DNA of 64,000 nt from Firmicutes bacterium UBA6811. Its GTDB lineage: Bacteria > Bacillota > SHA-98 > UBA4971. The notes beneath the pieces are model-generated. The model was not told the origin of the DNA. It did no database searches and saw only the letters and a list, made by a program, of their open reading frames with translations. Positions 8,706 to 18,196 of this stretch are shown here, one piece after another (position 1 is the first letter of the stretch; every line of letters begins with the position of its first letter). Position numbers and translations under genes: made by a program. The stretch lies in assembly GCA_002452295.1 (NCBI GenBank), contig DKEX01000096.1, positions 16,349-80,348 of the forward strand, given 5' to 3'.

Positions 8706-9926
8706 TTGGTCAGCGCAACGATCGAACTTTCAGGTCATATCATTGACTCCCGGATCCTCCCCAGGGTGATGGACGCCATCATGGACCTGGGCGGGGACTT
8801 CCACATCGAGGAGATCAGGGTCGGCAGAACCAAGCTGGACACGAGCTACGCAAGGATCGAGATCAAGGCGCCGACGCCGCAGGTGCTGGACGCCATCGTC
8901 GAAGAGGTGCAGGGCCTCGGTGCGACCGTCGTCGATCAGGACGAAGTGACTCTGGAAGCGGCGGAGCAGGACGGCGTCTTCCCCGAGGGCTTCTATTCCA
9001 CCACGAACCTGGATACCTTCGTGCGGGTGGCGGGGTCGTGGGTCCCCGTGCGCGACATCGAGATGGACTGCGGAATCGTGGTTGACCCCTCGTGCACGCC
9101 CCCGACCGCACGCTGCGTGCCGCTGCATCGCGTGGAAAAGGGCGACCTCCTGGTCGTCGGGTCAAGGGGTGTCAAGGTGGTCCCCCTGGAGAGGGCGAGG
9201 CACCGCGAGATATTCAGCTTCATGGGGAGCGCGGTCTCGAGCGAGAGGCCCAAGGCCCTCGTTGTCGAGGAGATCGCCAGGACCATGAAGGATGTCAGGG
9301 CGCGCGGCAAGAAGATCCTCGCAGTTGCAGGCCCTGCCGTCATTCACACCGGGGCGGGCAAACACCTGTCCGCGCTTATCGAAACTGGGTACATAAACGT
9401 GCTTTTCGCTGGGAACGCCGTGGCGGTCCATGATGTCGAGTGGGCGCTTTACGGCACATCCCTCGGCGTGTACCTCGAGAATGGGGCGGCGGCGTCCGAG
9501 GGCCACGCGCACCACCTGCGGGCCATCAACACCATCCGCAGGCTGGGCGGGCTTCGCGCCGCGGTGGAGGCGGGGGTGCTCAGGAAGGGTGTCATGCACG
9601 CATGTATAACGCACGGCGTGGACTATGTGCTCGCCGGCTCGATCCGCGACGATGGGCCGCTGCCCGACGTCATCACCGATACCGTGAAGGCGCAGGACGG
9701 AATGCGCCGCCGGATCAAGGATGTCGAGCTTGCTCTGATGCTGGCCACGATGCTCCACTCGATCGCCACAGGGAACCTGCTCCCGAGCCGGGTCAAGACG
9801 GTGTGCGTGGACATCAACCCCGCGACCGTGACCAAGCTCGGAGACAGGGGGAGCCTGCAGGCCGTCGGCATCGTGAGCGACGTGGAGTGGTTCCTGAAGG
9901 AGCTTGTGGGACGCCTCGCGAGCTGA
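8706..9926 (+). CDS. TIGR00300 / LOR-SDH-like protein (putative archaeal-type ornithine cyclodeaminase family)
   Basis: It is about 406 aa with an N-terminal small regulatory-like domain and a C-terminal saccharopine-dehydrogenase/LOR-like region (KILAVAGPAVIHTGAG...VLFAGNAVAVHD). The family assignment is from memory. Confidence 0.5.
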   Translation: MVSATIELSGHIIDSRILPRVMDAIMDLGGDFHIEEIRVGRTKLDTSYARIEIKAPTPQVLDAIVEEVQGLGATVVDQDEVTLEAAEQDGVFPEGFYSTTNLDTFVRVAGSWVPVRDIEMDCGIVVDPSCTPPTARCVPLHRVEKGDLLVVGSRGVKVVPLERARHREIFSFMGSAVSSERPKALVVEEIARTMKDVRARGKKILAVAGPAVIHTGAGKHLSALIETGYINVLFAGNAVAVHDVEWALYGTSLGVYLENGAAASEGHAHHLRAINTIRRLGGLRAAVEAGVLRKGVMHACITHGVDYVLAGSIRDDGPLPDVITDTVKAQDGMRRRIKDVELALMLATMLHSIATGNLLPSRVKTVCVDINPATVTKLGDRGSLQAVGIVSDVEWFLKELVGRLAS

Positions 9927-10154
9927 CCGCGTTTCGTCCAGGTACCGCCCGCGCCGAGGGCGCTCGTGTCCGGCGCCTGAAACGCTGAACGTTCGTGCCC
10001 AGGCCCGTGCCAATGCCCATGCCCATCACCGGGACCGGGACTGTGCCCGCGCCTTGCGTCCGTCTCAGTGCGCGTGTGCATGGACATACACCGCGAGTCC
10101 CGCTGGCTGTGGTGGAATGATGTTCGGGCTGGCAACGTACGGTGCAACACACGG

Positions 10155-10183
10155 TTGACAGGCGGGGAAGCATCCAATATACT
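10155..10183 (+). promoter_or_regulatory. Near-consensus sigma-A promoter TTGACA-17-TATACT, about 410 nt upstream of pckA
   Basis: TTGACA is at 10155-10160 and TATACT at 10178-10183. A long leader with hairpins and a T-rich run near 10430-10450 follows. Confidence 0.45.
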
Positions 10184-10594
10184 GAGAAAAAATGCGGGGC
10201 CAGCAGGCCTGAAGATGAAGAAGTCACCTCATCTCCCTGCAGGAGGTGAGGTAGAGGCGCGGCGCGCCATGAATAGGCATCCAGAGAAGGGCATCGCGGA
10301 GGGATGCCGAAAGGGGCCGCCGCCGAAGTCCCGCGCCCGGCCGGGGCGCAGGGCTGGGCCTGCATCGAAGAGGTGCAGGACTGTCACCGGGCATGTCTCC
10401 CTTGACCGCCCGGTGGAGCGCTATCTCACAGGGGGAAGGTGCTTCTTTTTTTCCCAAAAGCAGGTGAGTCGACGAGAAGGAGGGGGCGTGACAAAGTGGC
10501 ACATGATGCAGTCACTCATCGCGCATGGCAATTGGAGGGCCTTGAGAAATGCGGAGGAGACTCAAACGCGCGCCGTGACGCTTTTGCGGCAGAT

Positions 10595-12151
10595 ATGGCA
10601 GGCCTTGGCAGGGCATATGCAGCTTACCACAACCTTGCCGTCCCCAGGCTCATCGAAATGGCGGTCGCCCGCGGCGAGGGCGTGCTCACGAGCACGGGCG
10701 CGTTCAACGTGGTGGGCGGCAGATACACGGGCCGGTCCCCCGACGACAGGTTCATCGTCGACGACCCGAAGACGCGGGACGAGATATGGTGGGGCCCCGT
10801 GAACAGGCCGTTTCCGGAGGATGCGTTTGACAGGCTGCGCTGTCGGGTCGCCAGGCACTTGAAGGACAGGGAGTTGTTCGTGTTTGACGGGTTCGCCGGC
10901 GCGGACCCCGAGTATCGCCTGCCCATCCGCATCATCACCGAGCTTGCCTGGCAGAACGCCTTCGCGCAGCAGGTATTCCTGCGTCCGACCCCCGACGAGC
11001 TTCGGGCGCACGAGCCCCACTTCACGGTGATATCGGCGCCGGGCTTCATGGCCGTCCCCGGGCGCGACGGCACGAGGTCGGAGGCGTTCATTCTCATCAA
11101 CTTCGCACGGAGGCTCATCCTCATCGGCGGCACCCACTATGCCGGCGAGATAAAGAAGTCGGTTTTCAGCGTTATGAACTTCCTGCTGCCGCGTCGAGGC
11201 GTCTTCCCCATGCACTGCTCCGCCAACGTCGGCCCCGCCGGCGACGTTGCGCTGTTTTTCGGCCTGTCCGGCACGGGCAAGACGACGCTCTCCGCCGACC
11301 CGGCGCGCCGCCTCATCGGCGACGACGAGCACGGGTGGTCTGAACGAGGGGTCTTCAACATCGAGGGGGGCTGCTACGCGAAGTGCATCAGGCTCTCGGC
11401 CGAGAGCGAGCCGCTCATATACGAGGCCATCCGCTTCGGGACCGTGCTCGAGAACGTGGCCGTGGACCCGGACACACGCATGCCGGACTTTGCCAGTGAC
11501 GCGCTGACGGAGAACACCAGGGCGGGGTTCCCGGTCAGCTTCATCCCGGGTGCTGTGACGGGCGGCGTGGGCGGGCATCCTGGGGCGATCATCTTCCTTA
11601 CGGCCGACGCGTTCGGGGTATTCCCGCCTGTAGCGCGGCTCACGAGAGAACAGGCCATGTACCACTTCCTCTCCGGCTACACCAGCAAGCTCGCCGGCAC
11701 CGAGCGTGGTGTCACCGCGCCCCAGGCCACGTTCTCGACGTGCTTTGCAGCCCCGTTCCTGCCGCGCCCGCCGGTGGTGTACTCGCGGCTGCTGGGGCAG
11801 AAGGTGGAGGCCCACGACGTGCCGGTATACCTCGTCAACACCGGCTGGATCGGGGGGCCTTATGGAGTGGGTAGCCGGATCAGGATTCGCGATACCCGGG
11901 CGATTGTGTCAGCCGTCCTCGGCGGGGAGATGGAGAAGGTGCCGTCCAGCCCCGACCCGATCCTCGGCTTCGAGGTTCCGGAGGCGTGCCCGGGCGTGCC
12001 GCCGGAGATCATGAGGCCGCGTGCCGCCTGGGCGGACCCGAATGCCTACGACCAACAGGCCGCCGCACTCGCCCGCAAGTTTATCGAGAACTTCAAGCGA
12101 TTCGAGGACGCGCCACCCTCCGTCAGGTCAGCCGGACCCCGGCTGCCGTAG
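10595..12151 (+). CDS. pckA: Phosphoenolpyruvate carboxykinase (ATP)
   Basis: It has the kinase-1a motif [11 protein letters not shown] plus conserved blocks. The length from ATG 10595 is 518 aa. Confidence 0.9.
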   Translation: MAGLGRAYAAYHNLAVPRLIEMAVARGEGVLTSTGAFNVVGGRYTGRSPDDRFIVDDPKTRDEIWWGPVNRPFPEDAFDRLRCRVARHLKDRELFVFDGFAGADPEYRLPIRIITELAWQNAFAQQVFLRPTPDELRAHEPHFTVISAPGFMAVPGRDGTRSEAFILINFARRLILIGGTHYAGEIKKSVFSVMNFLLPRRGVFPMHCSANVGPAGDVALFFGLSGTGKTTLSADPARRLIGDDEHGWSERGVFNIEGGCYAKCIRLSAESEPLIYEAIRFGTVLENVAVDPDTRMPDFASDALTENTRAGFPVSFIPGAVTGGVGGHPGAIIFLTADAFGVFPPVARLTREQAMYHFLSGYTSKLAGTERGVTAPQATFSTCFAAPFLPRPPVVYSRLLGQKVEAHDVPVYLVNTGWIGGPYGVGSRIRIRDTRAIVSAVLGGEMEKVPSSPDPILGFEVPEACPGVPPEIMRPRAAWADPNAYDQQAAALARKFIENFKRFEDAPPSVRSAGPRLP

Positions 12152-12407
12152 GCTCCCGCAGTCGCCATAGCTCTACCTGCCTGCGGCCCGCCGCGCCCTG
12201 CCCGACCTGTGCCCGGCGGGCTGTGGTGTGTCTGCGATCTCAGCGACAGGGGAAGGATCTTCGAGAGACGGCAGCGAAACATAGCGATGAGGCCGGGCGA
12301 ATATGGTGGAATGGGAAACGCGGCCCACAGGTCCGCGCCACCAGTCCGCGCGGGGCCGCAGGTTGAGCGTACACTGGGCCGGGCGAGCGGCAGGAGGCGG
12401 GTCTGCC

Positions 12408-13343
12408 ATGAAGAAGAAGGTTGTCGTCCTCGGGATCGTGGGGCTGGCTGTCCTCTCCGTGGTGGCGCTGCTGGAGATGGGACCCCGCCCTGTTGACGGG
12501 GGCTTCGCCTGCGGCCGCCTGGGCCTGCCGGGCAACAAGGTGGCCGTGGTCTACCTCCAGGGGCCCATAGCCGAGGGGCGCCAATCCATGTCAACTTCGG
12601 CCACCATCACGCCGAGGCTGGTGGAGAAGTACCTCGACAAGCTCGAGGCCGACCCCTCTGTCAAAGCGGTCGTCCTCAGGGTGGATAGCCCCGGCGGGTC
12701 GGTGGCCGCCTCACAGGCCATAGCCGGCATGATTGCGGAGTTCTCCAGGCCTGTGGTCGTATCCATGGGCGACATGGCGGCCTCGGGCGGCTACTACATA
12801 TCCGCCCCGGCCGACCGCATCGTGGCGATGCCGGGCACCATGACTGGCTCCATCGGCGTCATCATGAGCATCGTGGACCTGCAGGGGCTCTACGACAAGC
12901 TGGGCATCAACGAGCAGATAGTAAAGTCCGGCAAGCACAAGGACATGTACCGGCGCACCCTCACGCCGGAAGAGCGCACGCTCGTCCAGAACCTGTCGGA
13001 CGCTGCGTACGAGCAGTTCGTGACCGACGTCGCCTTCCACCGGGGGATGACGGTCGACAGGGTGAAAGAGCTTGCCACGGGGGAGCTGTTCCTCGGAAGC
13101 CAGGCGATGGAGCTGGGCCTCGTTGATTCCGTGGGTGACCTCGATGACGCGGTGAACGCCGCCGCCGAGCTTGCCGGGGTCGAGTCGCCGGTGGTGTACG
13201 AGGTGCCGTCGCCCATCTTCTTCGTCAACATCCTGGACCTCATCGGTGAGGTGCGGGGCTTCTTGAGGGCACTGACGCTCACCCCGGAGGAGCGACTTCT
13301 CTGGAGGCTGCGCAACGAACCTGCGCCGGAGCTTCGTTATTAG
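12408..13343 (+). CDS. sppA: Signal peptide peptidase SppA (36K type)
   Basis: There is an N-terminal TM, the catalytic region SMGDMAASGGYYIS, a GGAGG RBS and ATG at 12408. Confidence 0.85.
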   Translation: MKKKVVVLGIVGLAVLSVVALLEMGPRPVDGGFACGRLGLPGNKVAVVYLQGPIAEGRQSMSTSATITPRLVEKYLDKLEADPSVKAVVLRVDSPGGSVAASQAIAGMIAEFSRPVVVSMGDMAASGGYYISAPADRIVAMPGTMTGSIGVIMSIVDLQGLYDKLGINEQIVKSGKHKDMYRRTLTPEERTLVQNLSDAAYEQFVTDVAFHRGMTVDRVKELATGELFLGSQAMELGLVDSVGDLDDAVNAAAELAGVESPVVYEVPSPIFFVNILDLIGEVRGFLRALTLTPEERLLWRLRNEPAPELRY

Positions 13344-13402
13344 GCGGGGCATCAGACCAGGCCCGGGTAGTTCATGCGGTCTGGAGAGGGGGACGGACGG
13401 GT

Positions 13403-14008
13403 ATGCCGGAGGGGATCTTCGACTGGCTGTACGGGGTTATCGCTGGACCGGTTGAGGCGCTTCGCGCCGTGGCCGAGAGGAGGCCCACCGGGTGGGCGCT
13501 TGCAATCGTCGCCGGCCTCGCGGCGCTCTCCTCCACCGCCGGGATGTCACAGGCGGACCTTGGCGCCTTCGGGAGGACGGCGGTCGAGAGGATCGTGCAC
13601 ACGGTGCTCCCCGGCGGGATCATCCTCTCCGCTGTCGTCTATTTCGTCGGCATCGGGATTCTACACCTCGCCGCGCTCCTCTTCGGAGGCAAGGGGACCT
13701 TCGCAGGCCTGTTTTCCGCGGTCGGGTTCGCCCAGTTTCCAGCCATGCTGTCGCTGCCTCTCATGCTCCTCGGGCGGCTCGGCGGGCCTGCGGTGGGGGC
13801 CCTCGCCATAGTGGGGTCGGCGGGGCTGTCTATATGGGTCATCGCCCTCGGCGTCATTGCGCTCAGGGAGGCCCACGGCATGTCCACGGGTGCGGCCATC
13901 GGCACGTGCGTATTCGCCGCGATCATCCCCGTGGCGGTCATCCTGGGCATCATTCTCCTCGTTGCTATGCTCGCGACCATGATCGGAGCGGCCTCCGGCG
14001 CGTTCTAG
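13403..14008 (+). CDS. Yip1-domain integral membrane protein
   Basis: It has five hydrophobic segments and the Yip1/DUF1282-like topology. The assignment is weaker than for the enzymes. Confidence 0.45.
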   Translation: MPEGIFDWLYGVIAGPVEALRAVAERRPTGWALAIVAGLAALSSTAGMSQADLGAFGRTAVERIVHTVLPGGIILSAVVYFVGIGILHLAALLFGGKGTFAGLFSAVGFAQFPAMLSLPLMLLGRLGGPAVGALAIVGSAGLSIWVIALGVIALREAHGMSTGAAIGTCVFAAIIPVAVILGIILLVAMLATMIGAASGAF

Positions 14009-14350
14009 GGAGGCCGCTTCACCTGCCTGATGCCGGCTGCTGCGAGAAAGCGCAGCAGATCGGCGAAACCTCTTGCGTTCGCCTGCGTCAGCGTAGTGTT
14101 TGTGGAGATGTACATGCCCGCCTGGAGCGCGGCCCTGATTCCGCGAACCGTCTCGTCCCAGGCGCCGGCCGAGCGCACTATCGCGTCGTGCACGGCCGGG
14201 TCCGCCGACTCGATGCTCACCTGGATGTAATCCAGGCTCGCCGCCTTCAGCCCGCCCGCAAGCCCCGTAAGCGCCCTGCCGTTCGTGATGAGGCCGGTGA
14301 CGAACTTCTCGGCGTAGCGGACGAGATCCACAAGGTCGCGCCCGGGTGCC
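14008..14350 (-). pseudogene. Radical SAM (SPASM-maturase-like) gene remnant: central core only, lacking the CxxxCxxC N-terminus and the C-terminus
   Basis: The minus-strand translation reads LITNGRAL...YIQVSIESADPAVHD...VRGIRAALQAGMYISTNTTLTQAN. It is flanked by non-homologous sequence and stops directly against the Yip1 gene 3' end. Confidence 0.45.
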
Positions 14351-14665
14351 TGCGCAGGTGCCGCGGCTACAGAATGGACCAAGGGGCGCTCCGCGTCAAG
14401 AGACAGAAGTATGGTTTCTGGCAGGTGAAGGATTTCGAGAGAGAGCAAGGAACACAATATAGAAAGTGGCAGTCGTGCCTGCCTGTCCCCACCCCCAATC
14501 CCGTTCCCGTCCCGGTCCCTGTGCCCGGCGAGGCGAGGTCCATTGCACGCTGGCTTCGTCGCGGCAAGGGCATAGCACGGACATGGCACGGGCGCAGCAT
14601 GGGCGCGACCACGTGGCGGGTGTCAGGGGAACGGGGCGCACAGGCGCGACCTGGAGGGATCGCCC

Positions 14666-17600
14666 GTGAGCCTCAGGTTCATCCTGGGCCGGGCAGGGTC
14701 GGGGAAGACCAGGCTGTGCCTGGATGAGGTGCGCATGGCCCTTCGCCAGGACCCGCACGGCCCCCCCATCATACTCCTTGTCCCGGAGCAGGCCACCTTT
14801 CAGGTGGAGCACGCCCTCGTTAACACCCCTGACCTGCCCGCTTTCATGAGGGCGCAGGTGCTGAGCTTCAAGCGGCTTGCCGGGCGTCTGCTCATGGAGG
14901 TGGGGGGCGGGGCGCGCCGCGACATCGGCGAGCTGGGGAAGCTCATGGTGCTGCGGTCGCTCGTGCGGCGAAGATTCGACGACCTCTCCATCTTCGCCAC
15001 CGGGTCCGGGAAGTATGGATTTGCCAGCTGCCTTGCCGCAACCCTCAGGGAACTCGCGATGTACCGGGTCAGCCCGAAGGACCTTGATGCCAGGGTCGCG
15101 GATCTCGAGGGGGAAGGCCGCGGCAAGACGCCCCTTGCGCTCAAGTTGCGGGATCTTGCCGTCATTGCCCGGGCCTACCAGGATTACCTCGGTGACGAGT
15201 TCCAGGACCCCGATGATCACCTGACCCTCGCCGCTTCGAACATCTCCCAGTCCGCGCTGACGAGGGGCGCCGCTATCTGGGTGGACGGGTTCAGGGGTTT
15301 CACTCCGCAGGAGTGCCTCGTCCTCGAAGCGCTGCTCTCATCGGCAAGCCGCGTGAGCGTGGCGCTCTGCCTCGATCCGGCTGGCATCGGTCGCCCCCCT
15401 GGAGAGACCGACCTCTTCCACCCGACGAGGGAGACCTATGACGACCTCGTCACCCGTGCGCGCAGGCTGGGCGTGGAGGTCGAACCGCCGGTCGTTCTCG
15501 GCACCGACACTGGTGCCGGGGCCGGCAACGGCGCCATGCGCCGAGCGCCCCTCTGCCATCTCGAGCGGGAGTTTGGGTCCAGGCGGCCGACCCTGTTCGA
15601 GGGGGATGCCGGGGGCGTGCGCCTTGTGGCCGCGGCGAACCCGCGCGCAGAGGTGGAGGCCGCATCCCGCGAGATCCTGAGGCTCGCCCGCGAGGAGGGC
15701 ATGAGGTTCCGGGAGATCGGCGTCATAGTGGCCGACCTCGAAACGTACCATGACCTGATACAGCCCGTCTTCAGGGACCACGGCATACCGTTCTTCATCG
15801 ACCGCCGCCGCCCGGTGGGCCACCATCCACTCATAGAACTGGTGCGCTCCGCCCTCGACGTGGTGTGTGATGACTGGGCGTACGATCCCGTGTTCCGCTA
15901 CCTGAAGACGGATCTTGTCCCAGTTTCCAGGAGCGAGGTCGACATCCTCGAGAATTTCGTGCTCGCCCGCGGGATCCGGGGCAGGCGCTGGCTGAACGGC
16001 GAGCGCTGGGAGTACCGGCGCGCTTTCGGCCTGCAGGAGGACACCGTGCCCCGCCCCGGGGACGAGGAGATGACACGCATCGTCAACGAGGCGCGCGAGA
16101 AAGCCACCGCAGCGCTTGGCGCCTTCCATCGTAAGGTTGCAGACAACGGCGAGAGGCCCGTGCGCGACATGGCAAGGGCCCTCTTCGAGCTTCTGGCCGA
16201 GCTTGGTGCGCGCGAGCGGCTGGAGAAGTGGGCCCGGGAGGCGATGGACTCCGGCAACATCGAAGGCGCCCGCGAGCACGAGCAGGTATGGAACGCCGTG
16301 ATGCGCCTTCTCGACGAAGTGGTGGAGGCCCTCGGCGACGAGAACACCGACGCTGTGGGCTTCCGCGAGGTGGTGGAGGCGGGGCTGGAGGAGATGACGC
16401 TGGGGCTCATCCCGCCTGCCCTCGACCAGGTCATCGTGGGGTCGGTGGAGAGGTCCAGGCACCCCGCGCTCCGGGCGGCCTTCGTGCTGGGCGCCACGTA
16501 CGACGCCTTCCCGAGGCGGGTGCCTGAGGACACCATCTTCTCCGACCGGGAGCGGGAAACGCTCAGGGAGATGGGCCTCGCTCTCGCCCCGGACAGCCGC
16601 ATCGCCCAGTTCCACGAGCAGTACAACGTGTATACCGCCCTCACCAGGGCGCGGGAGTGCCTGTGGGTGAGCTATCCCCTGGCAGACGGCGAGGGCCGCG
16701 CGCTCCGGCCGTCCACAGTTATAGCGCAGCTCAGGGCCCTCTTCCCCGGCCTTGTCCAGGGGTTCGCGAGCGGCGATGTGCCGTCCACGCCAGGGGAAGC
16801 CCTTGACGCCATCGCATCCGAGGCGACGGCCGTGGCCATGCTCGTTCGCTACTTCCGGTCCGTTGCGGGGCCGCGCCCCGAGGAGCAGGACAGGTTCTGG
16901 CTGGATCTTTATGAGTGGCTGGTGGAGGACCCGGGGCGTCGTGAGCGGGCGGCGCGCGTCCTGGAAAGCCTCAGATTCACCAATCAGGTGGAGCGGCTCG
17001 ACGACGCGACGGTGCGGGCGCTCTACCCGGATCCCATGCGGACCAGCGTCTCGCGGCTCGAGAGGTTTTCGGCTTGCCCGTTCGCCCACTTCGCCGGCGA
17101 CGCCCTGCGCCTCGCCGAGCGCGAGCTATACCGGCTCGAGCCGCCCGGGATGGGCACGTTCATCCACGAGGCCCTGCGCAGGCTCCTCGATGACCTGGGG
17201 GACGAGCGCAGGCTTGCGGCCATGGGGGACGACGACATATCGGACAGCGTTGCCAGGGTGGTCCAGGAGCTTGCACCTCGCCTCCAGAACGAGATACTGC
17301 GGTCCTCGGCGAGGTATCGCCACATCGAGCAGGTGCTTACCCGGGTCCTGAGGCGGTCAGCAATGATGTTGAGAGAGCACGCGAGCCGCAGCGAGTTCCG
17401 GTCCATCCACCGCGAGGTGGCCTTCGGGCTGGCCCCCGGATGCAGCGACGAGGACGGCGACCTTCCCGGCCTTCGGCTGCAGCTCGAGAACGGGCGGCGC
17501 GTGGAGCTCGTGGGGCGGATAGACCGGGTGGACGTGGCGAAGGCCGGGGATGTGTCCTATCTTCGTGTCATTGACTACAAGAGCAGCCGCCGCACGCTGA

Positions 17601-18196
17601 GGCTGTCCGACGTCTATCACGGCCTTGCCCTGCAGCTTCTCGTGTACCTCGCTGTCGTCGCGGAGCACGCGGAGAAGCTGGCCGATGGCGCTATCTGCCC
17701 GGCCGGCGCCCTCTACTTCCCGGCATCCGATCCTGTCGTGCGGGTAGCGAGACCTGTGGACGACGACGCCCTCGAGAAGGAGAGGAAGCGCCTCCTGAAG
17801 ATGGCCGGGCTCATCATCGGCGATGCGGATGTGGTGAGGCTCATGGACTCGAAATCCGATGGCGGGTCAGATATCGTGCCCGCCGGTATCACGAAGGACG
17901 GGAAAGTCGCACGAGGCGCTGGAAGCAGCGTCATCGACCATGAGAGGTACGCTCTCCTCCACAGGTTCCTCCTGGCGAAGATCAGGGAGCTTGCGTCGCG
18001 GATAGTCGCAGGCGAGGTCGCGGCGCGGCCCTACAGGCGCGGCAGGTCGAGGGCCTGCCGGTGGTGCAGTTTTCGGCCTATCTGCGGCTTCGACATATTG
18101 CTGCCGGGCAACGAGTATCGCGCCGTCACGAGCATCAAGAACGGCGCGCTCTGGACGGCGGTGGAGCAAGAGGTCTCCGGGGGGAGGACATCATGA
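14666..18196 (+). CDS. addB: ATP-dependent helicase/nuclease subunit B (AddB/RexB) with a C-terminal Fe-S nuclease domain
   Basis: The N-terminus has Walker A GRAGSGKT and the C-terminus has CRWCSFRPICG. It is 1176 aa with a GTG start and a GGAGGG RBS. Confidence 0.9.
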   Translation: MSLRFILGRAGSGKTRLCLDEVRMALRQDPHGPPIILLVPEQATFQVEHALVNTPDLPAFMRAQVLSFKRLAGRLLMEVGGGARRDIGELGKLMVLRSLVRRRFDDLSIFATGSGKYGFASCLAATLRELAMYRVSPKDLDARVADLEGEGRGKTPLALKLRDLAVIARAYQDYLGDEFQDPDDHLTLAASNISQSALTRGAAIWVDGFRGFTPQECLVLEALLSSASRVSVALCLDPAGIGRPPGETDLFHPTRETYDDLVTRARRLGVEVEPPVVLGTDTGAGAGNGAMRRAPLCHLEREFGSRRPTLFEGDAGGVRLVAAANPRAEVEAASREILRLAREEGMRFREIGVIVADLETYHDLIQPVFRDHGIPFFIDRRRPVGHHPLIELVRSALDVVCDDWAYDPVFRYLKTDLVPVSRSEVDILENFVLARGIRGRRWLNGERWEYRRAFGLQEDTVPRPGDEEMTRIVNEAREKATAALGAFHRKVADNGERPVRDMARALFELLAELGARERLEKWAREAMDSGNIEGAREHEQVWNAVMRLLDEVVEALGDENTDAVGFREVVEAGLEEMTLGLIPPALDQVIVGSVERSRHPALRAAFVLGATYDAFPRRVPEDTIFSDRERETLREMGLALAPDSRIAQFHEQYNVYTALTRARECLWVSYPLADGEGRALRPSTVIAQLRALFPGLVQGFASGDVPSTPGEALDAIASEATAVAMLVRYFRSVAGPRPEEQDRFWLDLYEWLVEDPGRRERAARVLESLRFTNQVERLDDATVRALYPDPMRTSVSRLERFSACPFAHFAGDALRLAERELYRLEPPGMGTFIHEALRRLLDDLGDERRLAAMGDDDISDSVARVVQELAPRLQNEILRSSARYRHIEQVLTRVLRRSAMMLREHASRSEFRSIHREVAFGLAPGCSDEDGDLPGLRLQLENGRRVELVGRIDRVDVAKAGDVSYLRVIDYKSSRRTLRLSDVYHGLALQLLVYLAVVAEHAEKLADGAICPAGALYFPASDPVVRVARPVDDDALEKERKRLLKMAGLIIGDADVVRLMDSKSDGGSDIVPAGITKDGKVARGAGSSVIDHERYALLHRFLLAKIRELASRIVAGEVAARPYRRGRSRACRWCSFRPICGFDILLPGNEYRAVTSIKNGALWTAVEQEVSGGRTS

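Noticed and set aside
10068-10802. 244-aa ORF spanning the pckA leader and running into pckA in another frame
   Set aside because: Its composition is low-complexity Arg/Gly-rich. It overlaps a confidently called gene out of frame. It is more plausibly a non-coding leader.
13492-14727. 411-aa plus-strand ORF overlapping the Yip1 gene and the addB start
   Set aside because: It is out of frame with two supported genes, highly Arg/Gly/His-rich, and has no domain.
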